A DNA stretch of 32,000 nucleotides from Candidatus Electrothrix sp. GW3-4 (GTDB lineage Bacteria > Desulfobacterota > Desulfobulbia > Desulfobulbales > Desulfobulbaceae), in NCBI RefSeq assembly GCF_037902255.1, contig NZ_CP147990.1:2430001-2462000 (forward strand), in the 5' to 3' direction. Under the pieces are notes generated by a model. That model worked only from the letters and a program-made list of their open reading frames with translations, searched no databases and was not told the DNA's origin. Every line of letters starts with the position of its first letter. Position 1 is the first letter of the stretch. This document shows, piece after piece, positions 1 through 7,891 of this stretch. The translations under genes were made by a program, and so were the position numbers.

Positions 1-109
1 CCCGCCGCCTTGTAAAACATCTTGACAAGGAAACATCCCGGAATTACTCTGCGGAAAATTGACACCCACCTATCGGCGCAGCATCCCCCCTCAACTATTG
101 GAGCATCTC

Positions 110-1189
110 ATGGCAAAGATCCAATGGCGGCCCGAAGTAAACGTTCTCACTGTTCCCCAATCCTATAAAATTCGCTTCGTACCCCGCGACTCAGCCGGAA
201 CAGATGACCTGGCCGTTGCGATGAACGAGGAAAATTCCAACTACAGCGTCGAAGACGTTAAGACCATGCTGGCCCTTCAGGAACGGGTTGCTCAGAAGAA
301 GCTGCTCAGTGGCGATCAGGTGACCATTGACGGTATGCTCACCATCGGTTTTTCTTTCACCGGCAGATTGGATTCACCGGATGACCCATTACCACCGGTG
401 GATGAGTCACTGCATGTCAATGTGCGGGTGCTTCAGCCCTTTCTCAGGGAGATCAGGCAGCAGGCCCGTTTTGAGAAGCTGCCCATGATCGAGAAAGGCC
501 CGGTGATCGACAGTGTTGAGGATACTCGCCTCCATCTGGCCGATGTGCTCTACAGCAAGGGTGTGCTTGATCTCGGGGGCACCAACCTGTCCTTTGATCC
601 GGAGGAGGAAGGCAACGAATGCGTACTCGAAGGCGTGGGCAGCGGCCGGAAAGTTCAGGCGCAGTTCGGGCCGATTACCGATTCCGGTGTTGTCCTTGTG
701 CCGGATATCCCGAATCAGAACGAGCCGTGGAAGAATGAGTACACCCTCTCTATCTCCACCCGGCCCACCGGCCACGGCAGTCCGCATACCGGCACCTACC
801 GCAGGCGGCTGCGTTCGGTTCTGAAGATCACAGATCTGTCAGGCGAAACCGGGGCGGGCATCCTGAGCAACAGCGCGGCGGATGCACCCTATGTGACCCT
901 GAACGGCGGAGAGGTCGGCGCGGATGAGATGCTACGAGTTCAGGCGGTCTTTGATATCAGGAATGATTGGCTCCTCCTCAGTCTGCTCGGCATGACCGAG
1001 GACGGACCTGCGGGCGAGACCGTGACCGTCACGGCGGACGGTGAATACACCCTGCTGGGCTTTGCCGGATCGGCGATGAGCAGTCTTACCGTCAATGTGG
1101 CCGACTATGCCGCTCTGCTTGATCTGGTGCGGGATCAGTATTATGGGCGGATTGTGGATGTGCTGGATGTGAGGGTGGGGGGCGAGTAA
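110..1189 (+). CDS. HU-like DNA-binding domain protein with a DUF4469-like Ig-fold module (function uncertain)
   Basis: The ORF 59..1189 opens with TTG; the first ATG at 110 is preferred. The N-terminal ~100 aa (YKIRFVPRDSAGTDDLAVAM..VEDVKTMLALQERVAQKKLLSGDQVTIDGMLTIGFSFTGRL) follow the pattern of Bacteroidetes-type HU/HIG DNA-binding domains. The middle part (PVIDSVEDT..GTNLSFDPEEEGNECVL..VVLVPDIP..YTLSISTR) resembles the Ig-like DUF4469 module that usually follows them. The antisense ORFs 407..787 and 932..1198 are treated as shadows. Confidence 0.55.
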   Translation: MAKIQWRPEVNVLTVPQSYKIRFVPRDSAGTDDLAVAMNEENSNYSVEDVKTMLALQERVAQKKLLSGDQVTIDGMLTIGFSFTGRLDSPDDPLPPVDESLHVNVRVLQPFLREIRQQARFEKLPMIEKGPVIDSVEDTRLHLADVLYSKGVLDLGGTNLSFDPEEEGNECVLEGVGSGRKVQAQFGPITDSGVVLVPDIPNQNEPWKNEYTLSISTRPTGHGSPHTGTYRRRLRSVLKITDLSGETGAGILSNSAADAPYVTLNGGEVGADEMLRVQAVFDIRNDWLLLSLLGMTEDGPAGETVTVTADGEYTLLGFAGSAMSSLTVNVADYAALLDLVRDQYYGRIVDVLDVRVGGE

Positions 1190-1219
1190 GGAGGACAATT
1201 TATCTTCGAGAGAAAAGGG

Positions 1220-2248
1220 ATGACAAATAATGCTTTACAAAACAACTTGTTGCTATATGTTATTTTATTAATATCGTTAACAACGAATTCTGTCGATATT
1301 TTTGCTCAAACCAGTAATCCTGCCATTATATCAAACATCGGAGAATTACCTGAAAGCGTCGGGTATGTAACTTACAACGGTTCAACCAGCATCAATGCAG
1401 AGGTTGGTCGTTGGGATACTCCATATACTGGTGGTGGTTACCCAATGTTTGATGTTGAACCTGAAGGGAAAAGTCTTTTGTACATTGAGATTGATGTGAA
1501 TGATGGGGGAATAGCTACATTTCGATACAGTCTGTCAACCTATGATGTGGGAGCTTATGATTGGCTTGATATTTATGTTATAGATCCAGGTAGTCAATCT
1601 ATAAATATTATTACTAATCATAGTCGGCCAGGCCAATGGGACGGTACATTATGGGAGAGTCCTGAACAGTCACAAAGTATAAATCTCAGCAGATGGCGTG
1701 ACCAACGAATCAGGATAATATTTTCCGTTAATCAAGATGGATATGGCGACCAAACACGTTCTAATATTTCAAGTTTCACTCTTTCTACCTGTCAGGTTTC
1801 TCCATTAACGCCTTTGACTGACCCTGTTGCTCTTGATTTTGAAGCGGGTAACTTTATTAATACTGATCCTCAATATTTTAATTTAACAACAGAATTATCC
1901 TGTTTGCGTAATGCGGTAACGGCTCAGGGAGGTTCACATAACCTCAGATCAGCTTATCGCCCTGCTCCTTATCAGAGGCATTTACGGGAGGTGTGGGACG
2001 GCTGGCAACAAATACGAAACCGAGACGAACCCGAGTGCGCAGACTTAAAAAGTGAATATCGTGATGAATTTAATCAACATGGGATAATATACCGCCCTGC
2101 CGCCACATCGAACCACTCCAATGGTAATGCTTTTGATTTAGCAATAGATGGATTATCGGCAAGTGAAATAGATGCAGCGGCCAATTCTTGCGGTTTGTAT
2201 CGGTTTGACCCTGTAGGAGATAGGACTCACTTCAGTCCTGCACCTTAA
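1220..2248 (+). CDS. secreted two-domain protein: unknown N-terminal domain plus C-terminal LAS/peptidase M15 (VanY-like) zinc peptidase domain
   Basis: ATG at 1220 follows a purine-rich stretch (aaaaggg). The N-terminus has a signal-peptide-like hydrophobic segment (LLLYVILLISLTTNSVDIFA). The C-terminal ~140 aa carry three ordered M15/LAS motifs: SAYR (244-247), SNHSNGNAFD (297-306, matching S-x-H-x-x-G-x-A-x-D) and a terminal THF (336-338). Confidence 0.65.
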   Translation: MTNNALQNNLLLYVILLISLTTNSVDIFAQTSNPAIISNIGELPESVGYVTYNGSTSINAEVGRWDTPYTGGGYPMFDVEPEGKSLLYIEIDVNDGGIATFRYSLSTYDVGAYDWLDIYVIDPGSQSINIITNHSRPGQWDGTLWESPEQSQSINLSRWRDQRIRIIFSVNQDGYGDQTRSNISSFTLSTCQVSPLTPLTDPVALDFEAGNFINTDPQYFNLTTELSCLRNAVTAQGGSHNLRSAYRPAPYQRHLREVWDGWQQIRNRDEPECADLKSEYRDEFNQHGIIYRPAATSNHSNGNAFDLAIDGLSASEIDAAANSCGLYRFDPVGDRTHFSPAP

Positions 2249-2271
2249 TCCCTCTCCTCTGATTACTGATG

Positions 2272-2293
2272 AAAATCGAAACGATTTTTTTTT
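2272..2293 (+). terminator. weak AT-rich hairpin plus T-run after the M15-domain gene
   Basis: aaaatcg (2272-2278) pairs with cgatttt (2282-2288) around a 3-nt loop, and the T-run continues to 2293. The stem is weak (5 AT + 2 GC). Confidence 0.3.
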
Positions 2294-2325
2294 ACGTTAT
2301 TCAAAACAAGTTATAGGTGATTGAT

Positions 2326-2916
2326 ATGCTCAAAAGACTGTTAATTCTGTTAGTATGCGTTATAGTGTTCTTTCCGGTTGCTTCGCATTCCGCTTATTTC
2401 TCGGAGCATGATGCAGATATCCTTTATTGGCATGAAGAAACCAACGGGAAGCATTATTATTATTATCATGTGACTAACCTCTCTTCCGAATCAACAATTG
2501 TTGCTGTATATATTGGCTATGATTGGGAGCATGGGATACCTCTTCTTAATAGAACCCGTGCGGAGACAGCACATGTTCCCTTAAAGTTTTTTTCACCTCC
2601 CGGATGGACAGGTAAGGTGCAGTATACAGAAGAAACGCTCTATTATGATTTGGAATGGGAAACAGGAGACCCTTCTAAAAACATTAAACCGGGTGAATCC
2701 AGTTATCGTTTTGGCGTTGAACTGACAAGTCAACGTGACGATCATATTAATACCAATTTTACAGTAATCTATGGTGACTCAACAGTTGCGACCAAAGCAT
2801 TAAGTGGCAGCGAGACCGAAGCCCCGCCTAAAAACCATATATTATCTCCGCTGTACCTGTTGCTTTTATCAAAAGGAATAGATGTGAAGTTTGCACGTTT
2901 AAATTCGGCTGGCTAA
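2326..2916 (+). CDS. secreted hypothetical protein
   Basis: The ORF opens at GTG 2317, but ATG 2326 lies 5-6 nt downstream of GGTGA (2316-2320). The product has a signal-peptide-like N-terminus (MLKRLLILLVCVIVFFPVASHSA). No family was recognised. The gene is AT-rich like its upstream neighbour. Confidence 0.6.
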   Translation: MLKRLLILLVCVIVFFPVASHSAYFSEHDADILYWHEETNGKHYYYYHVTNLSSESTIVAVYIGYDWEHGIPLLNRTRAETAHVPLKFFSPPGWTGKVQYTEETLYYDLEWETGDPSKNIKPGESSYRFGVELTSQRDDHINTNFTVIYGDSTVATKALSGSETEAPPKNHILSPLYLLLLSKGIDVKFARLNSAG

Positions 2917-3353
2917 ATGTAAGCCTCAGAGGCTCCCGCTCTTATTAAGCATCCAAAGCACGTAGGTTGGGATGAGCAGACGGGATGCGGTTGCCGCACC
3001 CGTGAACGAGGTGCATGACGTGTGCGGCCTGCATGACTGTTAAGCACCTCAAGGGACATTATGCAAACAATCCCCATCCCTGATTTCGGCACACCCTAAC
3101 CCTTGCAACCATCGCCTGTGATTACAACGGCACCTAAGCAACAGACGGCGTTCTCTTACCCGGAGTGAAAGAGGCCATCAACAACATCACGGATATTGAT
3201 ATCCATGTCAAAAGGCTGATCGTAACGCTGAGGTCGTAAGCAGTGAACAATACTATCAACCGGAACAGATAGAGCTGCCTTCTGTCCGCAGATCATCAGA
3301 CCAACATCAGCAGCGAGTAGGGCTTGTGATCTGGCAAGGTCGGATAGGACAGA

Positions 3354-4982
3354 TCAACCAGTAAACCCATGCACAATGGGATAACGCCGACCGTAGCCAA
3401 AGGCCTTACTGGTCACCTTGAGTCCCAGCGGGGCCTGCTTGCGTTTATGCTCGTTAATACGGATACGACGAACGATATCCTCCACCGTAGCCTGGGCAAA
3501 ACCACGGGCCACGATTTCCTCAATGCTCAAATGTTCTTCCAGATAGGCGCTAAGGATGGGATCCAACACCTCGTAGGGCGGCAGATCATCCTGATCCGCC
3601 TGATCCGGTTTCAGCTCCGCTGAGGGTGCTCGGGTAATGATCCGCTCTGGAATCACCTCCCCTGCCCTGTTCATCCAGCGAGCCAGCTCATAGACCATGA
3701 CCTTGGGCACGTCGGCCAGCACGGCCAGCCCGCCGCTCATATCACCGTACAGGGTGCAATAGCCCACCGCCATCTCCGACTTATTGCCTGTGGTCAGCAG
3801 GAGACTGCCGAATTTATTAGACAGGGCCATGAGCAGGTTCCCCCTGATCCGGGCCTGGAGGTTCTGCTCTGTCACATCTTCCTCCCTGCCTACAAAGAGG
3901 GGGGCCAACATCGAGCCATAGGCCTCCATTGCCGAAGCAATGGGCAGCAGCTCAAAAGCACATCCCAGATTCTTGGCTAATGCAGCCGCATCATCAATGC
4001 TCATCTGGGCTGTATAAGGAGAAGGCAAGGCCACGCACAGGACGTTTTCCGGGCCCAAGGCCAAGGCTGCCAGGACAGCGGTGACTGCCGAATCTATCCC
4101 ACCAGAGAGCCCGATGACCGCCCGCTGAAAACCGGTCTTATGGAGATAATCCCGCAGGCCAAGGACCAAGGCCTGTTCCACCTGAGCAAGAGAGTCTTCA
4201 GGGAGAGGGGTACTCTCTCCGGTCTGGCCCCCCAGCTCCTCCAGATCCACAACGACCAGCTCTTCCTCGAACCCAGAGGCCGCAGCGCAGCACGCCCCTC
4301 GCCTGTTTAAAGCCAGAGAATGTCCGTCAAAGACCAGGGAGTCCTGGCCCCCAACCTGATTCACATAGAGCAGGGGCAGCTTATGCTCTCGGCACAACGT
4401 AGTCAGCAGGCGATTACGCTCAGTCAGTTTGCCGTGATGATAGGGCGAGGCCGAGATATTGATCAGGAGGTCAAGCCCCTCATGGCCTTGCAGCAGGGAG
4501 ACCACCGGATCCAAAGGATACTGGCTGGGCCAGATATCCTCACAGATGGTCAGGCCCAGGCGCAACCCCTGAAAGGAAAAGGGCCGGGAGGACGGACCAG
4601 GCTCAAAATAGCGAGACTCGTCAAAGACATCATAGGTAGGCAGGAGTTGCTTGCGCACCCGATGCAGCACCTTGCCTTGGTGGATCAGAAGGGCTGAGTT
4701 ATAGAGCGGCTTGCCCTTGCCCTGCCGTTGCTCCGGTACCCCGAGAATGACTCCGATATCGCCCACAGAACTAACAAGTTCCTCCAGCACCTCATCATGG
4801 GCACGGAGAAAGGCTGGCCGCTCAAGGAGATCCTGGGGCGGGTAACCGCACAGTGTCAATTCTGGAAAAATGATCAGGCCGCAAGCCGCCTCCTCTGCCA
4901 GCCTGATCTGCTCGGCAACCCGATCCCGATTAGAGGTAAAGTTGCCAATAATCGGGTTGATCTGCGCAAGTGCTATCTTCAT
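3354..4982 (-). CDS. nadE: glutamine-dependent NAD+ synthetase
   Basis: The N-terminal CN-hydrolase domain begins MKIALAQINPIIGNF..IIFPELTLCGYPPQDLL. The C-terminal synthetase domain carries the SGGIDS pyrophosphatase motif (GLSGGIDSAV). The start is set at internal ATG 4982 (MKIALAQ), 17 nt after the stop of the upstream gene; the longer ORF reaching 5021 would overlap that gene. Confidence 0.9.
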   Translation of the reverse strand: MKIALAQINPIIGNFTSNRDRVAEQIRLAEEAACGLIIFPELTLCGYPPQDLLERPAFLRAHDEVLEELVSSVGDIGVILGVPEQRQGKGKPLYNSALLIHQGKVLHRVRKQLLPTYDVFDESRYFEPGPSSRPFSFQGLRLGLTICEDIWPSQYPLDPVVSLLQGHEGLDLLINISASPYHHGKLTERNRLLTTLCREHKLPLLYVNQVGGQDSLVFDGHSLALNRRGACCAAASGFEEELVVVDLEELGGQTGESTPLPEDSLAQVEQALVLGLRDYLHKTGFQRAVIGLSGGIDSAVTAVLAALALGPENVLCVALPSPYTAQMSIDDAAALAKNLGCAFELLPIASAMEAYGSMLAPLFVGREEDVTEQNLQARIRGNLLMALSNKFGSLLLTTGNKSEMAVGYCTLYGDMSGGLAVLADVPKVMVYELARWMNRAGEVIPERIITRAPSAELKPDQADQDDLPPYEVLDPILSAYLEEHLSIEEIVARGFAQATVEDIVRRIRINEHKRKQAPLGLKVTSKAFGYGRRYPIVHGFTG

Positions 4983-4998
4983 ACTTTGCGATTGGACC

Positions 4999-6141
4999 TT
5001 ATTGCACCTGAACGAACGCACCTTTTTTCACCTCATACAGGGAATAACCAACCCCGATGGCGTCTCCGTTCTTATCAAACATGATCTCGCCAAAGGGGGT
5101 CGCTGTGGCCTGGCTATGGAGGGTCTTGGCGATCTGTTCCATCTCTGTGGATCCAGCCACCCGGATCGAATTGGTCAGGGCAAGGGCTGCGGCAATAGCG
5201 TTATCAAAGAATGGCCCTGGCTCGACACCGTATTTTTTCATATAGGCCTCGCGGTATTGACGGGTAATAGGGTTGGCAGAGACATCAGCAGGCCCCGTGG
5301 CATAAACGCCCTCTGCATATTTGCCAGCCACCTTGATAAAGGTATCATCCTTGACCCCATCATCGGAAATAAACAGGGTCTTCATCCGCTTCCTGCGCAT
5401 CTGGGTCACGATCTTTGATGCCTCTGGATGATAACCGCCATAGATAACCACATCAGCCCGGGTGCGTTTTACCTTTTGCACCACAGCGGAGTAATCAACC
5501 GCACCAGGGGTTATCCCCTCAAACAGGACAATCTTTGCCTTGGCATCCTGCTCAATAATGCGCCGGGCATCTTCGGCAAGCCCCTTGCCGTAATCTCCTT
5601 TGTCATGAATAATAGCGATTTTCTGCGCTTGCAATTGCCCGACCGCGAAATTAACAATAGAATATGCCTGAGCATCATTGGGGGCAATGGTTCGATAAAA
5701 GGTGGGATAGTTGCCGCTCTTGGTCAAATCGCTGTCTGTGGCTGAAGGCGACATAACAATGACGTTGGCCTCATCATAAATAGGCATGGCCGCCTTGGTG
5801 GCACTGGAGCAGATATGACCGATAACCACCTGAGCACCGGCAGAAACCAATTTCGTGGCCGTATTGGTGGCAATTTCCGGCTTACAAACATCATCCTCTA
5901 CCAGAAGTTCCACCGGGGCGCCATTGAGCCCTCCTTCGGCGTTGATCTTTCCCGCCACAAGCTCCGCTGCGCGGGCGGTGGGCAAGCCGTATGAGGCCAG
6001 ATCGCCGCTGAGAGCTCCTGCCACCCCTATTTTTATCGGCTCTTTCACCGGTTCTTCGGCTAAGGCATTCTGTAAAAAGAGCGACCCGGTACTGAGCGTT
6101 AACACGGAAAGCACGGAACAGAGTTTTCTGGAAATGTTCAT
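4999..6141 (-). CDS. periplasmic branched-chain amino acid (Leu/Ile/Val) ABC substrate-binding protein, LivJ/LivK family, orphan
   Basis: Signal peptide (LSVLTLSTGSLFLQNALA) followed by the typical IKIGVAGALSGDLASYG start of type I periplasmic binding proteins. Length is 380 aa. No cognate permease or ATPase genes are adjacent. Confidence 0.85.
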   Translation of the reverse strand: MNISRKLCSVLSVLTLSTGSLFLQNALAEEPVKEPIKIGVAGALSGDLASYGLPTARAAELVAGKINAEGGLNGAPVELLVEDDVCKPEIATNTATKLVSAGAQVVIGHICSSATKAAMPIYDEANVIVMSPSATDSDLTKSGNYPTFYRTIAPNDAQAYSIVNFAVGQLQAQKIAIIHDKGDYGKGLAEDARRIIEQDAKAKIVLFEGITPGAVDYSAVVQKVKRTRADVVIYGGYHPEASKIVTQMRRKRMKTLFISDDGVKDDTFIKVAGKYAEGVYATGPADVSANPITRQYREAYMKKYGVEPGPFFDNAIAAALALTNSIRVAGSTEMEQIAKTLHSQATATPFGEIMFDKNGDAIGVGYSLYEVKKGAFVQVQ

Positions 6142-6534
6142 GTCATCATCCTCCTTGGTACTGGTTATCTTTTTGTGCTGAGGTTATCTCTCTGTTGCTG
6201 ATAAAATCCAAGTGCTTGGGGTAAAAGAAAAGAACCTCAGGCGAGATTTTTTCTTGCGTTTGCAATCTATACTCCAACCTGCTATCTTTTTTTAATCCAT
6301 TATAAGAAAAATGCATCCAAAAATTGTTTCTTGCCCTTTTGGGGCAAGGTACTCGCCAGACTCCGTTGTTGGCCGTTCTCCGTATGAGACTCAAAAAAAA
6401 CAACGGGGCTCTATATAACGGCCATGAGCTTGCGCTCACAACAAAAGCATGAAAAATAACAGATGACTCGTCCGAGTCACCCACCATTTTCATATAAACC
6501 AGCTCAGGGTAATCCCCCTAAAAAGAACAGCAAC

Positions 6535-7584
6535 ATGACCAGAAATTTCTATTACAGCCTGGGCCGCCCATTCTCCCCGCTCTACAGCGCAGCCATGCGC
6601 GTACGAGAGTATTTTTATCAGAAAGGCACCTTTAAGAGCACGGCCTTCGAGGTTCCGGTGATCAGCGTGGGTAATCTCACCATGGGGGGGACTGGCAAGA
6701 CTCCCATGATCCAGTACCTGGCCCGCCTGCTTCAACAGCAGGGGTACCGGCCAGCGATCATCAGTCGGGGATATGGCGGCGCGACTAAAGAACGGATCAA
6801 TATTGTCTCTGACGGCAAGGATATCTTGCTCGGTGCCGATTATGTGGGTGACGAGCCAAGGATGCTTGCCGAGACCCTCCCCGGCATCTTGGTCCTCACC
6901 GGGATCGTGCGTAAGCTGCCCGCTGCCAAGGCGATAAAGATGGGTGCAGATGTCCTGCTGCTGGATGATGGCTTCCAGCACATGGCCATCCGCCGCGATC
7001 TTGATATCGTACTCTTTAATACTGATAAGCTTGCTGGCAACTCCAGGGTCTTTCCCGGAGGCGATCTGCGCGAACCAATCAATGCCCTGAAGCGATGTCA
7101 TGTCTTTATCCTGACCGGCACAGACGAACAGAATAAAAAGCGGGCGGAGAACTTCAAAGCCGTTTTGAACGAAAAATTCCCGGATAAACCGGTCTTTTTT
7201 AGCCACAATACCCCTACCGGTCTTGTTTTGCAAAAAACAGATGGAAAAAAGAGCGTGACACAGCTGGAGGAGCTCGCCGATCAGCGTTGCTTTGCCTTCT
7301 GCGGAATTGCCCGCCCGGAAGGATTCAAACAGACCCTTAATAAACTCAACATAGAACCAGTGGCCCTCCGCGCCCTTCCAGATCATTATGCCTACGCCGC
7401 CAAGACCGTTCGTCAGCTCATTACAGAAGCGCAGCAGGCCAGGGCAAGGTATTTCCTCTGTACAGAAAAGGACCTGGTCAAACTCCGCAATATCGAGCTC
7501 CCGCTCCCCCTCTACGGTGTGGTTATGGAGTCGCAGCCGGAAAAAGAGTTCAACAAGCTTATCTTACAACATAAATCTCTATGA
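6535..7584 (+). CDS. lpxK: tetraacyldisaccharide 4'-kinase
   Basis: Contains VISVGNLTMGGTGKTP (P-loop) and SRGYGG, the characteristic LpxK N-terminal motifs. The start is set at ATG 6535 (MTRNFYYSLGRPFSPLY); the ORF is open from 6463. Confidence 0.9.
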   Translation: MTRNFYYSLGRPFSPLYSAAMRVREYFYQKGTFKSTAFEVPVISVGNLTMGGTGKTPMIQYLARLLQQQGYRPAIISRGYGGATKERINIVSDGKDILLGADYVGDEPRMLAETLPGILVLTGIVRKLPAAKAIKMGADVLLLDDGFQHMAIRRDLDIVLFNTDKLAGNSRVFPGGDLREPINALKRCHVFILTGTDEQNKKRAENFKAVLNEKFPDKPVFFSHNTPTGLVLQKTDGKKSVTQLEELADQRCFAFCGIARPEGFKQTLNKLNIEPVALRALPDHYAYAAKTVRQLITEAQQARARYFLCTEKDLVKLRNIELPLPLYGVVMESQPEKEFNKLILQHKSL

Positions 7585-7632
7585 AAATTCTAAAAAAGTT
7601 CTAAATACCAATTCAGCATACAGGGCTTACAT

Positions 7633-7700
7633 GCTGTGTCAAAAAGGCAACATTCAATTTTTTGAACACGTTCTGTGTCTTTTTTGACACAGCTTTTTTC
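7633..7700 (+). terminator. long-loop hairpin followed by a T-run downstream of lpxK
   Basis: The perfect 13-nt arms gctgtgtcaaaaa (7633-7645) and tttttgacacagc (7681-7693) are followed by tttttt (7695-7700). The loop is ~35 nt, which is long for a canonical intrinsic terminator. Confidence 0.35.
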
Positions 7701-7802
7701 TTGAAACAAAACCAACTCTTTTCCTCAAAGAAGAGGGCTATCGTTTTGAATATGGGCAGCAATATGTATCCTTCCGGTGAAGGTACAAAAAAAATGACCT
7801 TC

Positions 7803-7818
7803 TGGCTATTTTTTTGCA
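7803..7818 (+). promoter_or_regulatory. sigma-54-like -24/-12 element upstream of lpxC
   Basis: TGGCTATTTTTTTGCA has the exact spacing of TGGCACG-N4-TTGCW, with GG at positions 2-3 and GC at 14-15. It lies 74 nt upstream of the lpxC ATG. Positions 5-7 deviate from consensus and the surroundings are AT-rich, so a chance match is possible. Confidence 0.3.
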
Positions 7819-7891
7819 ACTAAAAAAGAAAAAGGAAGCTGCTATGGCAGAGAAGCACATGCTTGAACAAAGATGAGGAAGAGGTAAAAGA

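Noticed and set aside
3286-3356. Stop-codon read-through or selenocysteine at the nadE TGA, because the frame stays open for ~65 codons
   Set aside because: The NadE homology appears complete at ..IVHGFTG. No hairpin resembling a bacterial SECIS was seen right after the TGA. The extension is more likely a chance frame or remnant.
6146-6493. 115-aa minus-strand ORF in the livJ-lpxK spacer
   Set aside because: It has no SD, odd composition and no motif, and it spans a region better explained as divergent promoters.
6490-7386. 298-aa minus-strand ORF overlapping lpxK
   Set aside because: The plus-strand frame carries diagnostic LpxK motifs (GGTGKTP, SRGYGG). The antisense product has no recognisable features.
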